64,000 nucleotides of DNA from Candidatus Daviesbacteria bacterium (GCA_016184225.1 JACPDA010000004.1:279927-343926), one strand, 5' to 3'. Positions 9,422-18,903 are shown, numbered from the stretch's first letter. Program-made: numbers and translations. Notes: generated by a model not told the origin, from the letters alone.

Positions 9422-10305
9422 TGAACTTAATGAAATATAAAATCTGGTATTTTATTTTGTCTACGGCTATTATTATTCCTGGGTTATATTTTCTGTTGAC
9501 CTCAGGACTTAAGTTAGGAATAGATTTTACCGGTGGGGCATTGCTTGAGTATAAATTTGAAAAGAATATTAATGTAAATGATTTAAAACAATATATTTCA
9601 TCCCAAGGTATTGAAGTGGGACAAATAACTCCTTCCGAAGATGGTATCTACATCATAAGGACCAAGCCGCTGGAGCAAAGCAAAGTAAATAACCTTAAAG
9701 CTAATTTAAATGAGAAATTTGGTAAAACAGAAGAGAGAAGAATAGAGTTCGTAGGGCCGGTTATAGGATCAGAACTTAGACAAAAAGCGTTAATTGGAGT
9801 AACTTTAGCAGCGATAGTGATTGTTTTATACATTGCTTTTTCTTTCAGAAAGGTGCCGAAGCCTGCATCTTCCTGGCGGTTTGGTATAACTGCGGTTTTG
9901 GCATTGGTGCATGATATTTTAGTTGTAGTCGGGTTATTTGCAATATTGGGAAAGTTTTGGGGAATTGAGGTAGATACGCTTTTTGTGACAGCTCTTTTAA
10001 CAGTGATTGGTTTTTCGGTACATGATACGATTGTAGTTTTTGATAGGGTTAGAGAAAACCTAACCAAAAATATCGGCAGGAAATTTATTGATGTCACCAA
10101 TTTATCGGTAGTACAGACTTTGGGACGATCGTTGAATACCTCTTTAACAGTGGTGTTTGTACTGCTGGCCCTCCTTCTTTTTGGCGGGGAAACTTTAAAG
10201 TGGTTTGTAGTGGCGCTTTTGGTCGGAATTATTTCCGGAACTTATTCCTCCATCTTTAATGCTACAGCCTTACTGGTTTGGTGGGAAGAAAAATTAGGTC
10301 ATTGA
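9421..10305 (+). CDS. secF: Protein translocase subunit SecF
   Basis: LGIDFTGG, VGP.IG.EL, GFSVHDTIVVFDRVRE, GTYSSIF. Confidence 0.96.
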   Translation: MNLMKYKIWYFILSTAIIIPGLYFLLTSGLKLGIDFTGGALLEYKFEKNINVNDLKQYISSQGIEVGQITPSEDGIYIIRTKPLEQSKVNNLKANLNEKFGKTEERRIEFVGPVIGSELRQKALIGVTLAAIVIVLYIAFSFRKVPKPASSWRFGITAVLALVHDILVVVGLFAILGKFWGIEVDTLFVTALLTVIGFSVHDTIVVFDRVRENLTKNIGRKFIDVTNLSVVQTLGRSLNTSLTVVFVLLALLLFGGETLKWFVVALLVGIISGTYSSIFNATALLVWWEEKLGH

Positions 10306-11726
10306 GCTAGCTGCTTAACTTTTTCCAGTAAAATCTCTTTTTTATTTTTTGATGAATCTTCTAATACTTGTTCAAAAAGTTTATTTAAGATTTCGCCGAC
10401 TTTTGGTCCGGGTTTAATGTTTAGAACCTTCATGACATCATTACCATTAATTTTTAAATCAGAGATGGAAAATGGTTTTTTAAGGACTTGCTTTATTCTT
10501 TCTTCAAATTTTTCCATTCTCCAAGAAATAGCTTTTTGGGTTCCACCCCCTAACCTGTCTCCGATTCGAAGGGCCATCATATCCTCAATATTTTCTAACC
10601 CCACATTCTTAATAAATCTCCTAATAGCTGAATCGGTTTGTCGTTCATCAACCGTAAATAAGTGCCATCTGATCAGACGATATAGCTTGTCTTTTTGTTT
10701 TTTTGATAAATTAAACCTTTTGGCAATTTTCAAAATTAAATTCCCACCCACTACATCATGGTTATAGAAAGTGACATTACCATCTGGCGCTGTTTTGACA
10801 GTATCAACTTTACCAATGTCATGCAAAAGTGCAGCCAGTCTAACAAGTGGGTCATTGGAGGGGGTATGTTTTAAACTCAGGAGTGAATGCTCTCCAATAT
10901 CATAAACCCGGTCATGTTTTGGTCCTTCCTGGACTATGCCAAAACAATTTTCCAGCTCAGGTAAGATAATTCGTAGCAGCCCTATTTCTCTAAGTTTGAT
11001 AATTCCTGTGTATGCTTGCCCTGAGCCTGTCGAATGGGGATCATTCGCTGTCAAGAGTTTAAACAGCTCATCCCTGATTCTCTCATTGGCAATTTCCTTG
11101 ATCAGATGGGCGTTTTCTTTGATTGCTTGAAGCGTTTTTGGGTCTATTTCAAATTCGAGTTCTGTCGCTATCCTGACAGCACGTATTAGTCTGAGAGCAT
11201 CCTCTTTGAATCTTTGGCTTGGATCCCCAACTGCCCTGATGATTTTATTTCTGATGTCGCTTTCGCCTTGGAAAGGATCAACTATTTTGCCCTCCGGGGA
11301 CAGCGCCATGGCATTAATGGTAAAATCCCTTCTGGCTAAATCCTCCTCGATTTTGTTAGTCCAACCAACCTGGGTGGGGTGGCGGAAATCTTTGTATAGA
11401 CCTTCCCTACGCATGGTGGTGATTTCAAAGATAGAGTCGTCAGCTCTCAGTCGTCTGTCGTCAGACTTTTTCTGTTTTTTGTCTGATAGCTGATAGCTGA
11501 TAGCTGAAGACTTTATTCCCACTGTACCGAATTTATTATCATAGAAGCCTTCCGGAAAAAGTTTCAAGATTTCCTCCGGTTTGGCATCAGTGGTAAAATC
11601 CCAATCAGAGATTCTCTTTTTCATTAAAAGATCACGGACTGCCCCTCCCACAATATAGATTTGGAAATTTTTCTTTTTAAATTTATCTAAAATATTTTTT
11701 ACTTCAGAAGGTAGACGATAATTCAT
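10299..11726 (-). CDS. cca: CCA tRNA nucleotidyltransferase / poly(A) polymerase family with HD domain
   Basis: VGGAVRD, DWDFTT, DLARRDFTINAMA, RF.EDALR, LLHDIGK. Confidence 0.9.
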   Translation of the reverse strand: MNYRLPSEVKNILDKFKKKNFQIYIVGGAVRDLLMKKRISDWDFTTDAKPEEILKLFPEGFYDNKFGTVGIKSSAISYQLSDKKQKKSDDRRLRADDSIFEITTMRREGLYKDFRHPTQVGWTNKIEEDLARRDFTINAMALSPEGKIVDPFQGESDIRNKIIRAVGDPSQRFKEDALRLIRAVRIATELEFEIDPKTLQAIKENAHLIKEIANERIRDELFKLLTANDPHSTGSGQAYTGIIKLREIGLLRIILPELENCFGIVQEGPKHDRVYDIGEHSLLSLKHTPSNDPLVRLAALLHDIGKVDTVKTAPDGNVTFYNHDVVGGNLILKIAKRFNLSKKQKDKLYRLIRWHLFTVDERQTDSAIRRFIKNVGLENIEDMMALRIGDRLGGGTQKAISWRMEKFEERIKQVLKKPFSISDLKINGNDVMKVLNIKPGPKVGEILNKLFEQVLEDSSKNKKEILLEKVKQLAQ

Positions 11727-11829
11727 AATAATGTTATTTTACACTCCTGGGCTATATGATACAATTTGTTCTGATAAGACACCTCGAAGGTGTAGCTGCA
11801 TTTTTTCACCTTCGAGGTGGAATAAGAAA

Positions 11830-13413
11830 ATGAAGTGGAAAATATTACCGAAAAAATCCGATGAATTAATTGAGCAGTTACTAATTAATCGCGGTATCAA
11901 AACAGCCAAAGATAAGAATCAATTTTTTCATCCTCAGATTTCCGACTTTGAAAAAGATTTACAAATTCCCGGGACTGCGAAGGCTACTAAAAGAATTTTG
12001 GAAGCGATCAAGAAAGATGAACTAATAGTAGTTTTTGGAGACTATGATGTTGATGGTATTTGTGCCAGTGCAATTTTATACAAGGGGTTAACTTCAATTG
12101 GTGCAAAAGTTTTGCCATATATTCCTCACCGGGAAAAAGAAGGATATGGGCTCTCCAAATTGGGACTGGAGTTTGCCCGGGATTCAGGGGCAACGCTCGT
12201 GATTACAGTTGACAACGGAATTGCGGCAATAGACCAAGTAAAATTCGCCAAAGAAATCGGTTTGGATCTGATTATTACAGATCATCATATTCCGGGGAGG
12301 GAGCGGCCGGACGCTTTTGAGATAGTCCACTCGACTAAAATGTGCGGAGCGGCAGTAGCCTGGTGTTTGATCCGCGACTTGATCAAGAAAGAGCTGGCAA
12401 CTGAACTTTTGCAATTTGTGGCAATTGCTACAGTTTGTGACCTTCTTCGTCTTGTTGGCTTGGGTCGGGCATTTGTTTTTGAAGGGCTGCAGATTTTAAG
12501 AAGGACTACGAATCTTGGTTTACTGACACTAATCAATGAGTGTGGTACAAGTTTGCAAGATATCGGGTCTTTTGAAATAGGCTATATGATCGGTCCGCGC
12601 TTAAATGCCATGGGCAGGTTAGAGCATGCCATAGATTCGCTGCGACTGCTTTGTACAAAAGATCCGGTGAAAGCCAGAAGATTAGCAAAGCTTTTATGTG
12701 AGACTAATTCTACTCGTCAGAGGATGACGGAAGAAGCGCTGGAGCAAGCGAAGTTATTGGTAGATAAACAAAATAAGATTCATGTTTTAGCCAGCAAAGA
12801 TTGGTCAGCCGGGATTATTGGTTTGGTGGCAGGCAAAGTTACAGATGAGTATTCCCGTCCGGCAATTGCCATATCCATAGGTGAGGAAATCTCCAAAGGT
12901 TCGGCCCGTTCCATAGACGGGATTAATATAGTGGAACTGATTAGAAAACATGCTGATATTTTGATTGATGTCGGTGGACATCCGGGAGCTGCCGGGTTCT
13001 CACTTTACAGTAAACATATAGAAATTTTCAAAAAAAGACTGGAAGAGTATAAATTAGTTTTGCCGGAGGAAGAGCGAGTATTGGAAGTAGAAGCTGAGGT
13101 CAACAGTAAACAGTTGACTAAAGGTTTAGTCTCTGAACTTGAAAAATTTGAACCATTTGGGATGGATAATAGAAGACCGATATTTGCCACAAGAGGTATG
13201 AGAGTCTCGGACATAAGAACAGTAGGGGATGGCAAGCACTTAAAAGGTAGGGCAGATGGGTTGGATTTTATTGCTTTTGGTATGGGAGAGTGGGCAAATA
13301 TGCTGCAATCCGGCCAAACAATAGATCTGGCATATAATCTGGAACTGGATACCTACAATGGGGCTGAAAAATTACAACTTAAAGTGAGGGATGTCACGAA
13401 TTCATTTCATTAA
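11830..13413 (+). CDS. recJ: ssDNA exonuclease RecJ
   Basis: GDYDVDG, ITVDNG, TDHH, PRLNA.GR, GSARS, GGH.GAAG. Start moved to MKWK at 11830. Confidence 0.95.
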   Translation: MKWKILPKKSDELIEQLLINRGIKTAKDKNQFFHPQISDFEKDLQIPGTAKATKRILEAIKKDELIVVFGDYDVDGICASAILYKGLTSIGAKVLPYIPHREKEGYGLSKLGLEFARDSGATLVITVDNGIAAIDQVKFAKEIGLDLIITDHHIPGRERPDAFEIVHSTKMCGAAVAWCLIRDLIKKELATELLQFVAIATVCDLLRLVGLGRAFVFEGLQILRRTTNLGLLTLINECGTSLQDIGSFEIGYMIGPRLNAMGRLEHAIDSLRLLCTKDPVKARRLAKLLCETNSTRQRMTEEALEQAKLLVDKQNKIHVLASKDWSAGIIGLVAGKVTDEYSRPAIAISIGEEISKGSARSIDGINIVELIRKHADILIDVGGHPGAAGFSLYSKHIEIFKKRLEEYKLVLPEEERVLEVEAEVNSKQLTKGLVSELEKFEPFGMDNRRPIFATRGMRVSDIRTVGDGKHLKGRADGLDFIAFGMGEWANMLQSGQTIDLAYNLELDTYNGAEKLQLKVRDVTNSFH

Positions 13414-13612
13414 TCCACCTTGACCGGTTTAATATTCTTGCTATTAATTCTCTATTAATTTCGCCTATTATTTGATCGACGACTGTTATCCGCATAGGAA
13501 TTGTTTTAGGAGAAAATCCTTCGGGAAAGGCTTCCGAGAAGGCAGGTGGTATTGGATATTGTGATACCTCAGCTACTTCTTCAGGATAGATTTCTTGATT
13601 CTCTTTAGACAT
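13394..13612 (-). CDS. Hypothetical protein
   Basis: 72-aa ORF with a nearby -10-like TATAAT and no recognisable motif. Confidence 0.4.
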   Translation of the reverse strand: MSKENQEIYPEEVAEVSQYPIPPAFSEAFPEGFSPKTIPMRITVVDQIIGEINRELIARILNRSRWINEMNS

Positions 13613-13644
13613 TATAGGATTATATTATAATGCCTCTATTTTTG

Positions 13645-14367
13645 TCAATCGGCGATTGAATATTTAATAATTGTAAGACCCTCTTCCTTTTCAATTGATT
13701 CAATTTTTATTTTTCCAACTTCACTGGTATTTTTTACTTGAGTTCCGCCATCTGCTACTGCCCCTACCCCGTCAAGCTTTAAAGTTCGAAGGGGCTTATT
13801 TGTTGGCAGGCCCGGGATAAGATAAATAGCTTCTTTTTTAAGGTCTTCTAAAGGTTGAAAATACCAAGTGAATTTTAAGTTTTTAGCAACTAATTCATTA
13901 GTTTTATCTGCCAATTTTTGTTTAATGTCTTCTTCCAGGGTGCCCTGGTAAACAATATGGGGATTTTTATTGTGATCTGCTTTCAAAGGTACGAGGGTTT
14001 TAGGGGAATAACCAAGTAAGAACATCGCAAAATCTATTATATGGCCGGCTGAATGCAGTTTCATGTTTTTATATCTTCTGTCCCAATTGATAATGCCCCG
14101 AACTTTTATTCCAACAGTGGGAGCAGTAGTTGCTTTGACAAAATGCCAAATTTCTCCATCTCTATTGATAACTTGATAAACTTCACCGGACCAATTGTCT
14201 CCTGTCAGGATTCCTTGGTCAGTAGCCTGGCCTCCGCCCATTGGATAAAAAACGGTTTGATCTAAAATTACTCGGTATGTACCCTCACCTTCCGGTAAGA
14301 CTTCCAAAACTTCCGCATTCATCTCTTTAAGATATGAATCATCAAGATATAAAGGCTTTGTTTTCAT
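13645..14367 (-). CDS. AlaX-M family tRNA-editing protein (variant Zn ligands)
   Basis: LYLDDSYL, LDQTVFYP.GGGQ..D.G, WDRRY..M.LHSAGH. C-terminal DGGTQV.NT.EVG.I has DGGTQ in place of CGGTH. Confidence 0.85.
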   Translation of the reverse strand: MKTKPLYLDDSYLKEMNAEVLEVLPEGEGTYRVILDQTVFYPMGGGQATDQGILTGDNWSGEVYQVINRDGEIWHFVKATTAPTVGIKVRGIINWDRRYKNMKLHSAGHIIDFAMFLLGYSPKTLVPLKADHNKNPHIVYQGTLEEDIKQKLADKTNELVAKNLKFTWYFQPLEDLKKEAIYLIPGLPTNKPLRTLKLDGVGAVADGGTQVKNTSEVGKIKIESIEKEEGLTIIKYSIAD

Positions 14368-14369
14368 TT

Positions 14370-15158
14370 TTACCTTTGTGCCATCAGCACTTCATCTGAT
14401 TGTGCATTCAAGACTCTATGTATTGCTCCAATTTGACCTAATACTTCGCGAAAAGTTTCTGGAGTAATCTGTTGAGGTCCATCACAAAGAGCCTGATCAG
14501 GGTTTTTGTGAACTTCTATTATGATCCCGTCTAGTCCGCTAGCTGCAATAGCTAATGAAAGATTTGGAATTAAATCCCTTCTGCCTGCTGCGTGAGAAGG
14601 ATCAGCTAAAACTGGCATATTATGGTCGTGTTTAGCAACTAGAGCACCATTTAAATCCAGGGTATATCGTGTTGAATCTGTTCCAGTCCTGACTCCTCGT
14701 TCACATAAAATTACTCTTTCCCTACCTATGTAATCAGCAGATTGCAGCCATTCTTTAACTGTAGAAGCGACTCCTCTTTTTAGCATCACTGGTCTTTGGT
14801 CTGTTTCATCACCGAGAGCTTTTAATAGTTCAAAATTTTGCATATTTCTCGATCCTACCCAGGGCACATCTACAATTTCTCTAGTGGGATTTATCTGATC
14901 TTTGTCAACGAACTCCGTAGCGATAAGCATACCGAGGTCTTCTTTTATTCTTCTTAACCAGGGTAATCCTGCAAGTCCCACTCCCTGAAAGCTATCTTTG
15001 CTTGAACGAGGCTTCCAAAGCGCACTTCTGAATACTTGTACGCCCATCTCACGGAGCGTTGTTGCTACTGAGTAAGCTTGTTCTTCGGATTCGACAGCAC
15101 AAGGTCCTGCTATAATTAAGAACTTGCCATTTTTAATTAAGTCTTGTCTTTCGATCAT
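14370..15158 (-). CDS. aroF: DAHP synthase type I-beta (no regulatory domain)
   Basis: IAGPCAVES, KPRSS..SFQG, GSRNMQNF.LL, LCERG, DPSH..G, IEVH..P..A.CDG.Q. Confidence 0.9.
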   Translation of the reverse strand: MIERQDLIKNGKFLIIAGPCAVESEEQAYSVATTLREMGVQVFRSALWKPRSSKDSFQGVGLAGLPWLRRIKEDLGMLIATEFVDKDQINPTREIVDVPWVGSRNMQNFELLKALGDETDQRPVMLKRGVASTVKEWLQSADYIGRERVILCERGVRTGTDSTRYTLDLNGALVAKHDHNMPVLADPSHAAGRRDLIPNLSLAIAASGLDGIIIEVHKNPDQALCDGPQQITPETFREVLGQIGAIHRVLNAQSDEVLMAQR

Positions 15159-15181
15159 ATTTGTATCTCCTTTTTCTCCAT

Positions 15182-15205
15182 AAAAAAACCTCCCATTCGG
15201 GAGGC
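15182..15205 (-). terminator. Attenuator terminator upstream of aroF
   Basis: Minus strand GCCTCCC-GAAT-GGGAGGT followed by a T-run. Confidence 0.85.
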
Positions 15206-15233
15206 TCGTTTGGCGAAAACCTTTAAACTAAGG

Positions 15234-15308
15234 TTATTCCAATAAACCTCCCTCCTTCCGGAAGGCAAAATAAAAGTAAAAATAATTTTCTTGACCCCTT
15301 ATATGCAT
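15234..15308 (-). CDS. Phe/Tyr-rich leader peptide (24 aa), absent from ORF track
   Basis: MHIRGQENYFYFYFAFRKEGGLLE*, lying between a TTGACT..TATACT promoter and the terminator. Confidence 0.85.
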   Translation of the reverse strand: MHIRGQENYFYFYFAFRKEGGLLE

Positions 15309-15319
15309 AGACTGTTGAT

Positions 15320-15349
15320 AGTATATACACTTACCCTTTAAAAAGTCAA
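15320..15349 (-). promoter_or_regulatory. Sigma70 promoter for leader-aroF-alaX
   Basis: TTGACT-18 nt-TATACT on the minus strand. Confidence 0.65.
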
Positions 15350-15352
15350 TAG

Positions 15353-16456
15353 CTATTGCCATACTTGCCTAGCTACTTTCGAGACCAATCTTAATTTATT
15401 TTCTTGGTCATCAAAAGATAGGTTATTCCCTTTAGCTACAGAGGCGAACCCACATTGCGTACTTATTGCCAGACGCTCTATTGGTACAAATTTGGCTGCT
15501 TCTTTTATTCTCTTTATAACATCCTGTTTATTTTCCAGTATTGGCGTCTTTGTAGATATGAGACCCAAAACTACAATTTTGTTTTTTGGCACATGACGTA
15601 AAGGAGAAAAATCACCGGCTCTGTCACTATCGAACTCAAGTAATAGTCTGTCTACTTTAGCTTTTTTAAATACTACTTCAGCTATTTTTTCGTATCCCCC
15701 TCTAGCCATGAAACGATTTTTATCATTGCCCCGGCATATATGAAGCCCTTTTGTCCCAGAGAAATCCTCTAATACTTTGTTTATCATTTCGATACCATCA
15801 CTAACTAGAGTAGTTGGATTAAATCCTTTACTTTTAAACCATTCTCGTTGAATTGGATCCAGCAGCATACCGAATTCCGGTGCGTCTATCTGTATATACG
15901 TTGCTCCAATGTGCTCTAGCTCAGATACTCCCTCCTTTAATATCCGAGTAACTTCATTCAAATACTCCATGGGAGATGGATAAATTTTGTCAGAAATCCC
16001 TGGTACGAAATAATAAGACATCATTGTTGGGCTGGGAATAGTTATTTTTTTGGGTTTGTCGGTGATGCCTCGCAAGAATGAAAATTCATCAATAGAGATA
16101 TCATGTTTTTTTGTAATCTTTTTTACTACACCAACCGTTACCGGATCTACTATTTTATTTCCTTGCATGTCAAACCAAATAACAAAGTTGCCAGGGATAT
16201 TCCACTCAAACCCGTCAACAGCCTTCACAAAGTTATGACAAAATACTGGTCGGCGCATTTCTCCATCTGTCAGAACATCAACCCCTGTTTTTTCCTGGAT
16301 AGCAACAGCTTCCTTTACTGCTTTATCTTCTGCCATGACAAGTTCTGCAGGAGTGATTTTGCCTTCTTTTATTAGATTCTGAGCATCTAATAGAAACTTA
16401 GGTCTGAGCAAGCTACCAATAACATCTGCCCTAATTATTGATTTTTTTCGTTTCAT
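15353..16456 (-). CDS. Cobalamin-independent methionine synthase-like protein, catalytic (C-terminal) domain only
   Basis: IGSLLRP, TDGEMRR, YIQIDAP, Zn ligands HICRGN / EFD / QCGF. Lacks the N-terminal MetE barrel. Confidence 0.88.
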   Translation of the reverse strand: MKRKKSIIRADVIGSLLRPKFLLDAQNLIKEGKITPAELVMAEDKAVKEAVAIQEKTGVDVLTDGEMRRPVFCHNFVKAVDGFEWNIPGNFVIWFDMQGNKIVDPVTVGVVKKITKKHDISIDEFSFLRGITDKPKKITIPSPTMMSYYFVPGISDKIYPSPMEYLNEVTRILKEGVSELEHIGATYIQIDAPEFGMLLDPIQREWFKSKGFNPTTLVSDGIEMINKVLEDFSGTKGLHICRGNDKNRFMARGGYEKIAEVVFKKAKVDRLLLEFDSDRAGDFSPLRHVPKNKIVVLGLISTKTPILENKQDVIKRIKEAAKFVPIERLAISTQCGFASVAKGNNLSFDDQENKLRLVSKVARQVWQ

Positions 16457-17478
16457 GCCAGCTTTTTTTGGGCAATAACCCGGAGTGAAATTGGACTGTA
16501 ATCCATCAAATGACCTTTAACTGGGTCTTCTGCCACCCGCTGTTGCATCTGCGGAGTTAATATTGGAGGTTTTGCATCAGTTACTGACCAAGTTTCTATG
16601 TTAGGAAGTGAACCAAGTACACTGCGGAATTCGTCTCCTGAAAAGGCAGCTATGAATGAGGGAATTAAAAGCGGTACTATTTCCGGTCTAGTATATCGCA
16701 AACGTTCTTCCAGGCTTTCCAAAAACCCTGGTGTTGTTGCCCTTTGATAATCGGCAATAATTACATGTCCTCTTGGAACAGTGAGGCGCAAAAATTCCTG
16801 CATGACTATACGTAGTCTACCAATACTTGCGAGCTGATGAATAGAATTATGGCACACAACGAGATCGAATGTACCATCAGGGAGCGGTATGTTATCTGCA
16901 GATGATGTTACAACATCGACGCCTTGTCCAAACTCGGCATATATCGCAGCTTGATCTCTTGCGTGCGTGGTCATTATTTCACTCCCATCATGAAATGTAA
17001 CACTTGGCACACCCAGGTCTAAAAATTCTCTGCCTAATCTTCCTGGTCCGCACATCGCATCTAAGACTCGCATATTGCGTATTCCCCCATCTGGGTTAAA
17101 TCGCCCCTGAACCTCTAAGGCCAGTAGTAAGTCGTCTACAGTTTTTGGATAGTCACAACCGTCTATATATATCCTGGCTTCCGTCGGGGTAAATGTTTCG
17201 GTTCTTTCGGGAACACGCATGGTAAAGTCAAAGCTTCTAAGACCGGATAGATCGGGGTCGGTTCGATTAGCTATTCTGTGATTCAACTCCGCGCCAAGAT
17301 GGGATCGTATATCCTCCCGCGTTGCCCGCCCTCTGTCTTGCGAGTGGGCATCATTAATGGCCGAATTTGTAATTTCTCTTAGGACTGATGGATCGAATCC
17401 TGCTTTGGCCGCCTTTCCTAAAAGTTTCCGTGCTCTTCTAGAAAGTTGACTAGGTTCGCTTTCTGTTTGTTTAACCAT
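16453..17478 (-). CDS. Class I SAM-dependent methyltransferase with N-terminal extension
   Basis: Motif I VLDAMCGPG, then IPLPDGTFDLVVC and LTVPRG.VIIAD. Confidence 0.82.
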   Translation of the reverse strand: MVKQTESEPSQLSRRARKLLGKAAKAGFDPSVLREITNSAINDAHSQDRGRATREDIRSHLGAELNHRIANRTDPDLSGLRSFDFTMRVPERTETFTPTEARIYIDGCDYPKTVDDLLLALEVQGRFNPDGGIRNMRVLDAMCGPGRLGREFLDLGVPSVTFHDGSEIMTTHARDQAAIYAEFGQGVDVVTSSADNIPLPDGTFDLVVCHNSIHQLASIGRLRIVMQEFLRLTVPRGHVIIADYQRATTPGFLESLEERLRYTRPEIVPLLIPSFIAAFSGDEFRSVLGSLPNIETWSVTDAKPPILTPQMQQRVAEDPVKGHLMDYSPISLRVIAQKKLA

Positions 17479-17489
17479 ATTAGAATAAT

Positions 17490-18719
17490 TTATTTCTCAA
17501 TATTGATTTTCAAGAATGAGTTTTGAATTCTTTTGCCAACCTGTAGCATACCGGGACTTTTAACAACAGTTTTAGGATCTGTGATGGTACTAAGGTTGAA
17601 TCTAACCCCGCCCTGTTCAATTAATCTTTTTGCGGCTGCTCTGCTGGGAGCAAAACCTCCTTTGGTTAGAATATCAATTAGCGGAGTGCCTGGAGAAAAG
17701 TTTGCTTCAGCAACTGTACCCAATAATCCTCCACTACTTAAAGCCAAGTAAGCTCTCTCAGCCTGTTCGGCTGCTTCAGGCGACTGAAGCTCTGATACTA
17801 TTCTTCTGGCCAAAAACATCTTAGCTTTGACGGGATTTTCATCTCCTCTTTGAAGTGCTTCCTCCAACTCTCTAATTTGATCCATCGGCACAGTTGTGCA
17901 GAGCTCTAAGGCATGAGGAACAATCTGGTCACCCCACATCATCACCTTGTGATACATTGACTCTGGGGTATCCAAGACTGCAACCATATTTCCTTCTGTT
18001 TTACCAATCTTTCTCCCGCTGGGGTCAGTTAATAACTTTCCGGCTACTACATACTTTTCCTTACCTAAATATTTCTCGACTAAATCCCTACCTACCATCA
18101 TATTAAAAATCTGGTCATTCCCGCCGACTTCTATATCTACATCTAATTTTACCGAATCCCATCCCTGCATAAGAGGGTAAAGAAATTCATGTATACGCAC
18201 TGGTTCTCCTTTTTGTATTCTTCGTTCAAACATATCTCGTTCCAGCATTCTTTGAACCGTCATTTCCGACGCGAGTTCCAATACATCTTCAAAATTCATC
18301 TCTCCTAACCATTCACTATTAAACTTTAATCTTATAGGATTAATCGGGTCATCAAAATTTAATATCTTTGATGCCTGATCTTTATATGTTGCTGCATTGT
18401 AGGCAACCTGTTCCGGAGAAAGCTTAACTCTTGCTGCTGATTTATCGGTTGGATCACCTATCATTCCTGTAAAATCCCCAATAAGCAGGGTGACATCATG
18501 ACCCATCCTTCTAAGTCTTTCTAATTTATGTAATTGAGAAACGTGTCCTATGTGAAGTTCGGGAGCAGTCGGATCTATTCCCATGTAAGCTTTTAAAATT
18601 CTGCCTGACCTTAACTGGGTTACTAGGGATTCCTGAGAAGGAAGAACTTGTTGTACACCTCTAGTTAAAAATTCCTGGATTTGAGCCTCTCTATTTATTT
18701 CCGGTGAATGAGTCGCCAT
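17490..18719 (-). CDS. tyrS: Tyrosine--tRNA ligase
   Basis: GIDPTA..LHIGH, IGDPT, YPLMQGWD, GG.DQ.FN, KIGKT, C-terminal S4 domain. Confidence 0.95.
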   Translation of the reverse strand: MATHSPEINREAQIQEFLTRGVQQVLPSQESLVTQLRSGRILKAYMGIDPTAPELHIGHVSQLHKLERLRRMGHDVTLLIGDFTGMIGDPTDKSAARVKLSPEQVAYNAATYKDQASKILNFDDPINPIRLKFNSEWLGEMNFEDVLELASEMTVQRMLERDMFERRIQKGEPVRIHEFLYPLMQGWDSVKLDVDIEVGGNDQIFNMMVGRDLVEKYLGKEKYVVAGKLLTDPSGRKIGKTEGNMVAVLDTPESMYHKVMMWGDQIVPHALELCTTVPMDQIRELEEALQRGDENPVKAKMFLARRIVSELQSPEAAEQAERAYLALSSGGLLGTVAEANFSPGTPLIDILTKGGFAPSRAAAKRLIEQGGVRFNLSTITDPKTVVKSPGMLQVGKRIQNSFLKINIEK

Positions 18720-18788
18720 GATTTAAACTAATTTGAATATTGTCCTACTATATCCAATTACTTTTTATAAATCAAGTCTCCGTGTGTG

Positions 18789-18817
18789 TTGACGAAGATG
18801 TCAAGCTTTGTTAAACT
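18789..18817 (+). promoter_or_regulatory. Sigma70 promoter for second leader
   Basis: TTGACG-17 nt-TAAACT, 8 nt before the ATG at 18826. Confidence 0.65.
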
Positions 18818-18825
18818 CTTTAAAG

Positions 18826-18903
18826 ATGCAAATCAACTCCAAAAATTTCAACTTTTTTTGGTTTTACTTTACTTCTCGTAAGGAAGGTTGGCTGATGTCT
18901 TAA
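18826..18903 (+). CDS. Phe/Trp/Tyr-rich leader peptide (25 aa), absent from ORF track
   Basis: MQINSKNFNFFWFYFTSRKEGWLMS*. Shares FYF..RKEG.L with the aroF leader. Confidence 0.75.
   Translation: MQINSKNFNFFWFYFTSRKEGWLMS

Noticed and set aside
11731-11829. N-terminal extensions given by the ORF track for recJ (also gltX, aspS, the FAD oxidase and 49392-49553)
   Set aside because: They run through promoters, repeats or neighbouring genes; downstream ATGs match family N-termini.
18720-18790. T-box riboswitch upstream of tyrS
   Set aside because: The intergenic space is short and has no GGTGG.ACC T-box motif or terminator.
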